NCBI GenBank assembly: GCA_000990005.1
Contig: LBPF01000001.1
Location: 90,315-154,314, forward strand
DNA from: Candidatus Woesebacteria bacterium GW2011_GWB1_33_38
GTDB taxonomy: Bacteria > Patescibacteriota > Microgenomatia > UBA8517
DNA: 64,000 nt
Reading direction: 5' to 3'
Under the pieces are notes generated by a model that saw only the letters and a program-made list of their open reading frames with translations, did not search any database and was not told the origin of the DNA. Positions 29,581-39,810 of the stretch are shown piece after piece (the stretch's first letter is position 1; each line of letters opens with the position of its first letter). The position numbers and the translations under genes are program-made.

Positions 29581-31007
29581 TGAAAAAATACATATGGCTT
29601 ATTGTGATTATTTTTATAGCAATTTTGTTAAGGTTGTTATTAATTACCAGTATCCAAGGAACAAGTGGGGGAGATGCTTTTGAGTTTTTGTTGATTGCAA
29701 AAAGAATCATTTCATTTGAGAATCCGTTTTTGGATGTTAAAAGACTTCCATTTTTCCCGATAACATTAATCCCTTCATATTTTTTAAATATTGATGGAAT
29801 AATGTGGGGGAGAATTGTAAATACAATATTTGCAGGTCTATCCCTGTATTATATGTATTTAATCGGGGATAAGTTTAAGATTTCAAAATTTTTGAATTAT
29901 TTATCTTTAATTCTTTTTACATTTTCTTCTGTTTATCTCTTTTATTCACTTAGACCTCTTTCTTCTTCTCTTTTTACACTTCTGTTTCTATCGTCAATTT
30001 ACTATACATTAGAGAGCAAAAAAACATCTATTTTATTTGCGTTTACGTCTCTTGGTCTTTTGTCTATGACAAGGCATGAAGGATTTCTGATTTCGCTAAT
30101 AATATTTTTATATTATTTTTGGTCAACTAAAAGAAAAGATTTAATTGTCAAATTTTCAAAACCTTGCTTAATCTATTTAATTTTAGTTCTTCCATTTTTT
30201 TTAAACAACTATATTTATCATAAAAACTTTCTATATTTAGGTTACTTAGACGATGGAGGAGGGTTATATATACCCAAAAATTATGAAAACCTTGCCTCTA
30301 ATTTGAAAATAATGTCATTCGCAATTTATTCCACCTGGGGGAATATAAGAATTTTTAAAACTAACATTAATTTACTCAACATTTTATTTAGCTCAACTGT
30401 TATTTTTATTGCCTTAGGATTAATTGATTATCTTAAAAAAATAAACAAACAAAAAATGCTTGCTTTGATTCTTTTAATCTCACAATTAATAATTGCTTTA
30501 TGGTTTCAACCTAGTGGTAGATATATTCAACATCTAACACCATTTTTGTCGACCCTTTTGTTATTAGGTATAAGTAAATTTTCAAAAGTTATTCTCCCGA
30601 TACTTATAACAGGTGCTTTAGTTACAACTTCGTTGTATACAGTCAAGCTTAAAATAGATGAATTTAATTTTGATACAAAAGGCCAAAAAGAATTTACTGA
30701 TTCTATTAAATATTTAAAAGTCAGATCAGGTATAGTGGCCATTGAGCCTGATAGGGATTATACTCAAAGTTACATTGCAAAATATTATTTGGGAGACAGT
30801 CGAATCAAATTTATAGGGGGTGATTTTCTTGGTCGTGGTTTGATCGACAGTAATCCTAGATCCCAAATTAATTGGCTTCAAAGTGAAAATGTCAAATATA
30901 TTGTTGACTCACCTAAATTTGATGATTTTACGTTTTTAGGCGACAATAGATATCAAGGTCAGTTTATAATAAAAACAAATTATGTATATGAAGTTATTAA
31001 AAAATAA
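29580..31007 (+). CDS. GT-C fold membrane glycosyltransferase (module A', paralog of 25530-26966)
   Basis: SGGDAF, KRLPFFP and SMTRHEGF shared with module A. Confidence 0.75.
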   Translation: MKKYIWLIVIIFIAILLRLLLITSIQGTSGGDAFEFLLIAKRIISFENPFLDVKRLPFFPITLIPSYFLNIDGIMWGRIVNTIFAGLSLYYMYLIGDKFKISKFLNYLSLILFTFSSVYLFYSLRPLSSSLFTLLFLSSIYYTLESKKTSILFAFTSLGLLSMTRHEGFLISLIIFLYYFWSTKRKDLIVKFSKPCLIYLILVLPFFLNNYIYHKNFLYLGYLDDGGGLYIPKNYENLASNLKIMSFAIYSTWGNIRIFKTNINLLNILFSSTVIFIALGLIDYLKKINKQKMLALILLISQLIIALWFQPSGRYIQHLTPFLSTLLLLGISKFSKVILPILITGALVTTSLYTVKLKIDEFNFDTKGQKEFTDSIKYLKVRSGIVAIEPDRDYTQSYIAKYYLGDSRIKFIGGDFLGRGLIDSNPRSQINWLQSENVKYIVDSPKFDDFTFLGDNRYQGQFIIKTNYVYEVIKK

Positions 31008-32727
31008 AAAAGTTTTACTTGTTGGTTTTATTGTCTTATTGGGTTTGTTTATACATTTGTATTACGCAAACAATTTACCATTAACAAACGATGAAAGCTC
31101 GTATCTTTATGATACCTTAAACATCAGGAATGGATTAATACCTCTTAAAGATTTTCTAACCAAGTCATTACCATTTATTTATTTATTAACTTTATCTCAA
31201 AGTATTTTTGGCAACTCAATTTTCGTGGGTAGATTGTTAATGATTGTTATTTCCCTTTTTACATCACTATTACTTTATTTTTTTGCTAGGGATATGTTGG
31301 GTAAGAAAATTGCAATTATTTCAGGTCTAATTTATTGGGCGTTTCCATTAATTGCTGCATATACTACACAGATACATACAGAACCGCTTCAAGTGTTGTG
31401 TGTTATCCTGTCATATTTATTTTTATTTAGATTTAGAGTTTCAAAAAAATTACATCATTTACTCTTCTCCGCGATAGCCATGACAATTGCCTTTTTTGTT
31501 AGACAATCAAGCATAGTACTAATACTACTACCGGCACTTTTTGAAATGTTTAGTAAAATTTTATTTAAAAGTAAATTTTTAAAATTACCTATCTATTTTT
31601 TTGCAATTACCTCTGTATTAATATCACTAGTCACAATATTTGCTTACAATTATTTTGGAGGTGGCAGAACACTTGAACTTGTTGGTGGTGGGGCGGCTAA
31701 TTTGGCAATTCAAGAAAAAGGATCATTGGGTATAAAAGAAATTATAACCTATCCTTTTAAATTTGGTCTCGAGGCGATTGTTGAAGCAAATAATCTATTT
31801 AGAGATGGTTTAATTTTATTGTCTTTTGCACTGCTTACATTATTCTATTATTTCTTAGCCAAAAGAAATAAAATTGAAGATAAATTTAAGACTTATGGTT
31901 TTGCCTCTATATTTTTGATATTTATTTTTTCAATGTACCAATTTCGTTATCATCTCTTTTCCGGATTGTGGAAAGTAGACATGATTCCACAAGTAAATTT
32001 ACTATTCTTGACTATTGTTTTAACGTTGTTAACTTTTTCTCACGTGACGCATCGGAATTCACTTAGCCCTAAATATTTTAAGATTTTTAATTCCCAATTT
32101 TATAAATTTTTAATTTTATGGATAATTATACTTTTGGGAATATATTTATTGTGGATTAAATTCCGATCACCATATTTGATTGAGTTCTTTCCTCCTCTCC
32201 TTATTCTTTTTTCAATTGGCATAACATCTTTTATTGAAGACATAAATTTAATTACAAATAAAGTTTATAAAAAAAGCATCAGATTAATATTAATTTTATT
32301 CACAATAGTTTCATTTACAACTTCTTTTTATATGAATAAGAATATATACTTCACAGGTTTGTTTTTACCAGCAGAAGTTGAAGAAATAACAAATTATATT
32401 AAGTCTGAATCGCCCAGTAAAGATACTATCCTGACAGCTTTAGCAATACTCCCATATTTATCGGACGATGAGGTAATTTATAACATTTCTCATCCAGCTT
32501 GGTATGGATATACTAATATCAGGCGAGATGTATTTTTATTATATTTTCCTCCTGTTGAAAAATTATTAGAGTTACTTAAAAATAGAAGGGTTAAATTCAT
32601 TATTAGAGAACCATTTACAGATGCATCTTATTTTAGATATAAAGATATACGAGAACAGATGGAGGTAAATTATTCACTTGTAAAAACTGTTGGAAGGGCC
32701 ACTATATATAAGATTAAAGATGAATAA
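30982..32727 (+). CDS. GT-C fold membrane glycosyltransferase (module B', paralog of 26963-28822)
   Basis: LPLTNDESSYLYD, SIFVGR and NISHPA. Confidence 0.75.
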   Translation: MYMKLLKNKKVLLVGFIVLLGLFIHLYYANNLPLTNDESSYLYDTLNIRNGLIPLKDFLTKSLPFIYLLTLSQSIFGNSIFVGRLLMIVISLFTSLLLYFFARDMLGKKIAIISGLIYWAFPLIAAYTTQIHTEPLQVLCVILSYLFLFRFRVSKKLHHLLFSAIAMTIAFFVRQSSIVLILLPALFEMFSKILFKSKFLKLPIYFFAITSVLISLVTIFAYNYFGGGRTLELVGGGAANLAIQEKGSLGIKEIITYPFKFGLEAIVEANNLFRDGLILLSFALLTLFYYFLAKRNKIEDKFKTYGFASIFLIFIFSMYQFRYHLFSGLWKVDMIPQVNLLFLTIVLTLLTFSHVTHRNSLSPKYFKIFNSQFYKFLILWIIILLGIYLLWIKFRSPYLIEFFPPLLILFSIGITSFIEDINLITNKVYKKSIRLILILFTIVSFTTSFYMNKNIYFTGLFLPAEVEEITNYIKSESPSKDTILTALAILPYLSDDEVIYNISHPAWYGYTNIRRDVFLLYFPPVEKLLELLKNRRVKFIIREPFTDASYFRYKDIREQMEVNYSLVKTVGRATIYKIKDE

Positions 32728-33631
32728 TATGTTTTGGAATAACAAAAAAGTTTTTTTAACTGGTGGGAATGGTTTTGTTGGTAGTAAATTATCCCAAGCC
32801 CTTAAAAAGAAAAAAGCTGAAGTATTTTTATATGATGGCGATATTAGAAATTATCAGGATTTATTTGATCAGTTTGTAAAGTCTAAAACTACAATTATTT
32901 ACCATCTTGCGGCCCAGTCACTAATTGAAGTGGGAAAAATAAGTCCGATTGAGACTTTTGAGATAAATATAAAAGGGACTTGGAATATTCTTGAAGTAGC
33001 GAGAAAGGCGGGAGTTGAAAAAATTGTTATAGCTTCAACCACTCATGTTTACGGTGATAATCCACACCTACCATACAAAGAGGAATATTACCCACAACCT
33101 TCAAGACCTTATGAAACATCAAAAGCTTCGGCTGATTTAGTTTCACAATGTTACGCAGATACTTATAATTTACCTGTTGAAATATCTAGAATGGTAAATT
33201 TATACGGACCAGGTGATCTAAATACATCAAGATTGTTTCCAAAAATAATTAGTCAATTACTTAACAATATAAACCCTGTAATTTTTGATATAGGCGCTGT
33301 ACGAGATTTTTTATATATTGATGACGCAATTGAAGGATATTTAAGGCTAGGGCAGGTAAAACTTCCAAATGTAAAAAGAGCCCGTGTTATCAATTTTGGT
33401 TCGGGTAAGCCAATTGATATAACTACACTTGTTGACAAAATAATTAAATTATATGGAAACAAAAAGTTACATTTGTTAACCAAAGCTGTTCCTGACGAAA
33501 GAGAAAAAGAAATTAAAAAACAATATGTATCTATTGCTAAAGCAAAGAAACTTCTTGATTGGACTCCAAAGGTCAGTTTAGATCAGGGAATAAAAAAAAC
33601 TATAGCTTTTTATGTGAAACAAAAAAGTTAA
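32720..33631 (+). CDS. NDP-sugar dehydratase/epimerase (CDP-glucose 4,6-dehydratase-like N-terminus)
   Basis: FWNNKKVFLTGGNGFVG, HLAAQS, PYETSK and NLYGPGD; exact start uncertain. Confidence 0.8.
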   Translation: MNNMFWNNKKVFLTGGNGFVGSKLSQALKKKKAEVFLYDGDIRNYQDLFDQFVKSKTTIIYHLAAQSLIEVGKISPIETFEINIKGTWNILEVARKAGVEKIVIASTTHVYGDNPHLPYKEEYYPQPSRPYETSKASADLVSQCYADTYNLPVEISRMVNLYGPGDLNTSRLFPKIISQLLNNINPVIFDIGAVRDFLYIDDAIEGYLRLGQVKLPNVKRARVINFGSGKPIDITTLVDKIIKLYGNKKLHLLTKAVPDEREKEIKKQYVSIAKAKKLLDWTPKVSLDQGIKKTIAFYVKQKS

Positions 33632-35994
33632 AACTTTTTATACACATCAAAAGTTGGTGTGATATATGTTTCTGGTTTCTCGTGTCCTAAAACACTAGGC
33701 CTTTTCCCAAAGGTTGCAATTAACTTATAATTTCTTCCAAGAATACTTGGAATAATTTTACCGTACGGATTTTCTGCTATTTCTCCCAAGAAATTAAACG
33801 ATCCCCATCTGCCCTTATGATTGATGGTTCTATATATGACAATATAATCGGGAAATATTTTACCTTGTTCAACAGATTTCATCTGATCATAGTTATAAAC
33901 AAGTTTCTTGTCACGGTTTAAAAATATTCTATCTCTACTACTTGGTAAAAGTATAAAAACGGATTCATTAGATTTTGAAGTTTTGTTCAAGAACGTGGCC
34001 ACCTCAGTTCTTGGATCAGAAATCGCGTATGGATAAAAATAAGCTAAAGAGAATAAAAACATATACCCCACAACCAACATTATTACTGTGTTTGTTAAAA
34101 TTTTAATTTTTGGTATATTTTTATCTATATAGTAAAAAACAGCACCTGTGAATATAGCTACGAATGGTGCAAAGGGAACAATGTAGCGATCTTCATTAAC
34201 ATCACCATATTGATTGAGAGACAAAAAGAAAAATACATAAGTAATGAGAAGTGCAAGAATCAGATTTGAATCCTGTTTGTTTTTAATTCTGTGAATTATA
34301 ACAAACAACAAAATTACAATTCCAATCAAATGCAAATATGTTGCCGGTTCGGAAAATGCGAGTGTAAAAAAAGGGTAATCTTTACTTTGATATCTACTCC
34401 AAATGTATTTAATGCTCGTAGGACTTATGTCATATCTTTTAATGGAAGTTCGTTGGAAAGCATTACGTGGATCGGCCAAGGCTACTTTGTAGTTCTTTAA
34501 GCAGCAAAATGGATATGGGTAAAATGTTTTAAAAATAAAAAAAGCAAAAACTATTAGTGCTGAAAAATAAAAAATTGCTATTCCTAATTTTTTTCTGTTG
34601 TTATACAGTGTAACTAGACATAAGAATCCAAATGCAGGTAGAGCTACCAAAAAGGTGGCTTTTGTAGACATAGCTAATCCAAGGATAATCCCCGTAATTA
34701 CAAACAATATTAATTTGCTTGATTTTGTCAACAAATAAGCTAAATATAATATTAAGGGAATAAATAAAGTTACTACAGCCTCGCCTTTAGCTAACTGTGA
34801 CATAAACCAATGTCCAGGGAAAAGTGTATAGATAGACATTACAAAAAGAGCTGTTTTCTCGTTAAACATTTTATTGGCGATTATGAAGACAATTAAAATT
34901 GAAGATATTCCAAAAAAAGCAGTTAATACTCTCATAATCCCATAAACTTTATATGCGCTTATGAATTCCTTTGGAGATATCTTAAGTCTATCTAATAAAT
35001 TTGAGCTGTTGTCGTAAAAAACTTTATATAAATATACTGGTTTGGCAATTTCATATTCTCCAAAGTTTTTAAAGAAGTCTTTATCTAATACATAGTTATA
35101 CATATGTCCTTCATCATGATATGGTGAGCCATGTTTTATCCCATTAGTGTTTAGCCCCCAAAAGATTCCAGCAGTTCTCAAAAAAATTCCAAGAAGCAAA
35201 ATACAAATAAAAATAAATTTGTTTCTAATTGGTATTTTTGAAATTAATTTAGTCAACCAATCAAATTTTATGGGTTGTAAATTGTATTTTAAAATTTCCC
35301 AAATATTTTTCGCTCCGTCTCGCCAGCCAATTTTTTTACCCTCTTCATATGATCTGCCTGTGTAAGAGATTCCAACTTCATAAATTTTTACATTTTTTAA
35401 TTTGGCAAGTTTTGCCGTTAACTCAGCTTCAATTCCAAATCTTTGAGATTCAAGTTTTGGTGCAATTTGATCAATTATGTGTTTTTTAAAAACTTTATAG
35501 CCAGTCTCCATGTCAGTAAAATTTAGATTGGTTAAGATATTTGAGAGTGTGGTTAACATTTTATTGGCTACATAGTGCCAATAATAAAGAACCCTATGGG
35601 GTTTATTGGTTACAAATCTAGATCCGTAGACAACATCTGCTTGATGTTCAAAAAAAGGTTGGAGCATGGTAGGGTAATCATCAGGGCTATACTCCAAATC
35701 GGCATCCTGAATCATTACCAGGTCGCCAGTTGTCTTTAAAAACCCTTTTTTACATGTTGCTCCTTTACCAAGATTTAATCTATTTTTAAGAAGAGTAATT
35801 TTTAAAAGCTTTGATTTGTACTTTTTAACAAAACGATTAACCTCGAGAATAGTATTATCTCTTGATCCATCGTCAACAACTACGATTTCTTTTTTTAACT
35901 TAAGCGTATCTGATTTTGCAACTTTTTGAAGCGTTTGAAAGATGAACTTCCCTTCGTTATAAACTGGTATTACAATAGAGATAGATTTGATCAT
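33628..35994 (-). CDS. Fusion of a DPM1-like GT2 (polyprenyl-P-sugar synthase) and a GT-C transferase
   Basis: ISIVIPVYNE, QDADLEYSP, TDMETGYK and GRSYEEGKKIGWRDG, then a TM region with YHDE, STK and EDRYIVP. Confidence 0.85.
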   Translation of the reverse strand: MIKSISIVIPVYNEGKFIFQTLQKVAKSDTLKLKKEIVVVDDGSRDNTILEVNRFVKKYKSKLLKITLLKNRLNLGKGATCKKGFLKTTGDLVMIQDADLEYSPDDYPTMLQPFFEHQADVVYGSRFVTNKPHRVLYYWHYVANKMLTTLSNILTNLNFTDMETGYKVFKKHIIDQIAPKLESQRFGIEAELTAKLAKLKNVKIYEVGISYTGRSYEEGKKIGWRDGAKNIWEILKYNLQPIKFDWLTKLISKIPIRNKFIFICILLLGIFLRTAGIFWGLNTNGIKHGSPYHDEGHMYNYVLDKDFFKNFGEYEIAKPVYLYKVFYDNSSNLLDRLKISPKEFISAYKVYGIMRVLTAFFGISSILIVFIIANKMFNEKTALFVMSIYTLFPGHWFMSQLAKGEAVVTLFIPLILYLAYLLTKSSKLILFVITGIILGLAMSTKATFLVALPAFGFLCLVTLYNNRKKLGIAIFYFSALIVFAFFIFKTFYPYPFCCLKNYKVALADPRNAFQRTSIKRYDISPTSIKYIWSRYQSKDYPFFTLAFSEPATYLHLIGIVILLFVIIHRIKNKQDSNLILALLITYVFFFLSLNQYGDVNEDRYIVPFAPFVAIFTGAVFYYIDKNIPKIKILTNTVIMLVVGYMFLFSLAYFYPYAISDPRTEVATFLNKTSKSNESVFILLPSSRDRIFLNRDKKLVYNYDQMKSVEQGKIFPDYIVIYRTINHKGRWGSFNFLGEIAENPYGKIIPSILGRNYKLIATFGKRPSVLGHEKPETYITPTFDVYKKF

Positions 35995-37561
35995 GTTCAA
36001 AAAGATTTTGTTACTGGGAATTATAGGACTTCTTTCTCTATTTTTCTATTGGAAATTTTCTATGCCTAAGTATTTAACTTTTTCCGATGGGGCTAAGGTT
36101 GCCGATATTGCAAAAAATATTGCACAAGGTAACGGCTATGGGTCCACTTTTTCATCATTTGGAGCAGATAAGGAAATCCTAAATCATTTAAGTTTAAATG
36201 TTTTCCCTGCATGGGGTAGGCACCCTCTAATGCCTTTTTCTGTGGCTATCTTTTACAAGTTGTTCGGAGTAGGTGATTTGGGATTGATTTTAACTTCTAC
36301 TTTTTTTTATTTGTTATCGATAATAGGAATCTACTTGTTGGCCAAAAATATTTTTAATGAGAATATTGGTTTTATTTCTGCACTTTCCTTTATTTTTATA
36401 CCTATCTTTTGGGAATATGCTCTAACTGGAGCCTCTGAGTCTTTGTTTATTTTAGAGATAGTTTTAACTTTTCTATTTTTAACGTTAAAAAATAAACGAC
36501 TTCACATTCTTGGTTTAGTTGTTGCAGGTCTATCATACTTTACTAGACCTCAAGGGTTTATTTTAATTGTTGGAGCATTAACATATTATTTTTTGATATC
36601 TAGTAAGAGTATAAAGTTAGTTTTTTTTAAGTTAATTCTAGCTGTGGTTATCGGAATAGCTATTGACTTAACTTTGTTTACAAAACTAACAGGTAAAACA
36701 TTTTTCTATTCAATATTGTCAAAAGGTGTTGATGTTTCAGTTCTTTATACCCCAAGTTTGTCTGGTACGACTGGTTTAAGGACACAGGTTGATGCAAAAG
36801 ACCTGTTAATTTCAAACAGTTTAGAAGTAGGCAAAAAAGTATTTTACAATTTCTACAATTTATATAAGTTAATGCCCGATATCATGCCTTCATCTATTTT
36901 TGTACTTTTTATGTTATCTCTGTTTATTAAGGAGGAAGAAAAAAAGATAAATTATATAAAATATACTTTCCTTTTTATGTTTTTGTTAACTATCTTGTCA
37001 ACCTCAGTTTCAATTCCATTTTTTAGATATTTACATCCATTTGTTCCCCTACTTCTTATCTTTGCAATCTCTACGCTTTCAAAAATTGTAAAAATTAAAT
37101 TTGTATACCTCCTTGTATTTATTTATCTGATTGCAAATAGCCTAGGTATCTTATTTTTGGATTCAAGGTTTATATCAAATACTAAAAACACTAGTAAACC
37201 TCCAGTTTATGTTTTAATGTCACAGATCTTAAAAGACAATACATCAAGTAACGATGTTGTGGTTACAAACCTTGATACCTGGGGAAGTTGGTATGGTGAA
37301 AGAAAAACTGTCTGGTTTCCTGTAGATCCAAAAGTAATTGCAGAAAGTGATTTTGACGCAATTTATTTGACAAGTTATAAAATGGATGACGAAAATTATT
37401 ATATGGGTGATGATTGGAGAAAGATATTTAACAATTCCGAAAATCAAACAGTATTATCTCAATATAAATTAGAAAAAGAATTTATGATTAATGCTGAAGA
37501 TACATATGAAAACGAACCAGCTAACGCAGTTCTGTTGGTAAAAAAAGTTTCTTCAAACTAA
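35993..37561 (+). CDS. GT-C fold membrane glycosyltransferase
   Basis: TFSDGAK, HPL, ASESLF, TRPQ and FRYLHP; multi-TM. Confidence 0.75.
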   Translation: MFKKILLLGIIGLLSLFFYWKFSMPKYLTFSDGAKVADIAKNIAQGNGYGSTFSSFGADKEILNHLSLNVFPAWGRHPLMPFSVAIFYKLFGVGDLGLILTSTFFYLLSIIGIYLLAKNIFNENIGFISALSFIFIPIFWEYALTGASESLFILEIVLTFLFLTLKNKRLHILGLVVAGLSYFTRPQGFILIVGALTYYFLISSKSIKLVFFKLILAVVIGIAIDLTLFTKLTGKTFFYSILSKGVDVSVLYTPSLSGTTGLRTQVDAKDLLISNSLEVGKKVFYNFYNLYKLMPDIMPSSIFVLFMLSLFIKEEEKKINYIKYTFLFMFLLTILSTSVSIPFFRYLHPFVPLLLIFAISTLSKIVKIKFVYLLVFIYLIANSLGILFLDSRFISNTKNTSKPPVYVLMSQILKDNTSSNDVVVTNLDTWGSWYGERKTVWFPVDPKVIAESDFDAIYLTSYKMDDENYYMGDDWRKIFNNSENQTVLSQYKLEKEFMINAEDTYENEPANAVLLVKKVSSN

Positions 37562-38501
37562 ATTTCCAAACGGCTATCAGCATAATTTTAAAAAGTAACA
37601 AGCCATGGTGAAATCTTTTTATATTTGTCATGCCATATATTCTTTCTTTGTATCTAATCGGGATTTCGATAACCTTTAAATTATTTTGAATAGCACCAAA
37701 AATTAATTCAAAATCACCAAATGGGTCGTCTTTGAAATATTTGAAAGTATTATAATCTTTTTTAAATAAAGCCTTGGTTCCACACAAAGTATCTTTAAAT
37801 ATTTGACCAAAAACTTTTGTAAAAAATAAGCCGAATATTTTATTTGCAATTTTATTTAACATTTGCATCGCGTCCTTTTCCATTGGATAAACAAGTCTGC
37901 TACCATTTGCAAACTCTGCCTCCCCTGAGACAAGTATGTTGTAGAACTTTATAATATCTTTGGGGTCAACTGTTCTGTCTGCATCATATATTATTAAGAT
38001 ATCAGCTGTTGATTTCCTGAACCCAAGTCTAACAGCATTGGCTTTTCCTAAATCTGGTTGCTTTAATGCAATAACTTTTCTGGCTTTAATCTTATTTGTT
38101 TTTATTTCAGCTTGAATTTTAAGCCAAGTGTCATCTTTTGACCCCCCTTCAACAAATATGATTTCTTGAGATTTACCAAAATAGGGTATTGATTTTATTA
38201 TTCCAGGGATATTTCTGGCCTCATTTCTTGCAGGAATTACAATTGAAACCGATAGTTTATTTAAACCAACAGTCTTAATTCTAGCTATAATCCAATCTTT
38301 TTTGATAGCTATAAATTGATAACCAGAAAGGGTCAAAAGGTTTTTAATGTCATTTTTATCTAGCCAATTACTTTCTTTAAAAAGATTGTTTTGATATTCT
38401 ATAAAAAATCTTTTATTTAGATTTTTCTTAGTATTTAATTTCTCAAGGTAGGATTGAATGTCTGTAATTTTGTCTAGGTTTTTAATAATTATATTTTTCA
38501 T
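37521..38501 (-). CDS. GT2 glycosyltransferase (DPM-like) with N-terminal extension
   Basis: SIVIPARNE, EGGSKD, YDADRTV, DTLCGTK and DPFGDFELIFGA. Confidence 0.85.
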   Translation of the reverse strand: MKNIIIKNLDKITDIQSYLEKLNTKKNLNKRFFIEYQNNLFKESNWLDKNDIKNLLTLSGYQFIAIKKDWIIARIKTVGLNKLSVSIVIPARNEARNIPGIIKSIPYFGKSQEIIFVEGGSKDDTWLKIQAEIKTNKIKARKVIALKQPDLGKANAVRLGFRKSTADILIIYDADRTVDPKDIIKFYNILVSGEAEFANGSRLVYPMEKDAMQMLNKIANKIFGLFFTKVFGQIFKDTLCGTKALFKKDYNTFKYFKDDPFGDFELIFGAIQNNLKVIEIPIRYKERIYGMTNIKRFHHGLLLFKIMLIAVWKFSLKKLFLPTELR

Positions 38502-38529
38502 TAGAGGTATTATACGCTAGAATATAACA
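38502..38529. promoter_or_regulatory. Back-to-back leaderless promoters in a 28-bp gap
   Basis: Minus-strand TATAAT (38514-38509) is 7 nt before ATG 38501; plus-strand TAGAAT (38518-38523) is 6 nt before GTG 38530. Confidence 0.6.
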
Positions 38530-39810
38530 GTGAAGAAATATTTTCTAAAAGCTAAATCGTTAGTTTTATCTTCAACCGCAAAAGATACATATATCTTATT
38601 TTCTGGAAATATATTCTCGGCTTTCCTGGGTTTTGTTTTTACTCTAGTAGTCGCTCGTAGCTTGTCAGTTTCAGATTTTGGAATATTCTCTGCTGCTGTT
38701 AATTTGGTTGTTATCTTAAGTTCAATTACTGATTTAGGAATATCAACAGGAGCAGTTAATTTTGTAGCAGAGAATGAAGCGAAGGGTGATAAAGATTTAG
38801 TAAATAAATACATAAAAGCCTCTACCGTTTTACGATTTGAAGCTACACTAATAGCATCTTTATTGGTAATCTTTTTTGCAAAATATGTAGCTAACACATT
38901 TTTAATTACTGACAAGGTAAATGTTGCTATTTTGACATCATTAGTTTCCCTATCTCTTGCTTTACCTATGATATTTCCTTTTATTCTTCAAGCAAAGAAA
39001 AAATTTGTTTCCTCAATAATTTCTGATAATTCATTGTATTTAACAAGGCTGGTCTTTACTTTTGGATTTATGTTTTTGGCTAAAGTCACAATTGAAAATT
39101 CATTGCTAGCATTTATTATAGGTGGAGTTGTGGGAACTATTGTCAGTGTGTTTTTAATAAAGCCAGATTTCTTAAAATCTAAACCTGAAAAAGAAGTTTA
39201 TACTAAAATCATTAAATTTTCAGGCTGGATTGGTGTTAATAGAATTATCTCTTCAATTTCAGGTAGGTTAGATATCCAAATGCTTGCAGTTCTAGCTGGT
39301 GCTACTGCAACTGGACTTTATTCAATCCCATCAAGACTTGCAGGTTTTGTTGTAGTGTTAACATCCAGTCTCTCGGGTGTGTTTGCCTCAAGGCTTGCAA
39401 GTTTTGGAAATAAAGAAGAAGAAAAAAAATACATTGTAAAAGCAACACTTTCACTTCTGCCAATAGTAGCCGGGCTTATACTTTGGATAATTGTTGCTAA
39501 ACCTTTTATCTTAGTCCTTTTTGGAGAGAATTATTTTGATTCAATACCTGTATTTAAGGCTTTAGTTGCCGCAATGATTCCGTTTATTTTTACTGCACCT
39601 TCAGTTTCGGCCATTATATATGGCATGAAGAAAAACGTTTACATAGGTGCTTTTAGTTTTTTTCAATTAGCTGCTATATTTTTACTTAATCTTGTCTTTA
39701 TTCCTAAATATGGTGCCATCGGCCCGACAATTACTTTTGGTATAACTAACACAATTTTAGCAATTTATACTTGGATTATTGTAATCAACAATTATTGGAT
39801 TAAAAAATGA
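38530..39810 (+). CDS. wzx: Wzx-like oligosaccharide flippase (MOP family)
   Basis: ARSLSVSDFGIFS, DLGIS, RLDIQML, TGLYS and LVFIPKYGAIG. Confidence 0.85.
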   Translation: MKKYFLKAKSLVLSSTAKDTYILFSGNIFSAFLGFVFTLVVARSLSVSDFGIFSAAVNLVVILSSITDLGISTGAVNFVAENEAKGDKDLVNKYIKASTVLRFEATLIASLLVIFFAKYVANTFLITDKVNVAILTSLVSLSLALPMIFPFILQAKKKFVSSIISDNSLYLTRLVFTFGFMFLAKVTIENSLLAFIIGGVVGTIVSVFLIKPDFLKSKPEKEVYTKIIKFSGWIGVNRIISSISGRLDIQMLAVLAGATATGLYSIPSRLAGFVVVLTSSLSGVFASRLASFGNKEEEKKYIVKATLSLLPIVAGLILWIIVAKPFILVLFGENYFDSIPVFKALVAAMIPFIFTAPSVSAIIYGMKKNVYIGAFSFFQLAAIFLLNLVFIPKYGAIGPTITFGITNTILAIYTWIIVINNYWIKK

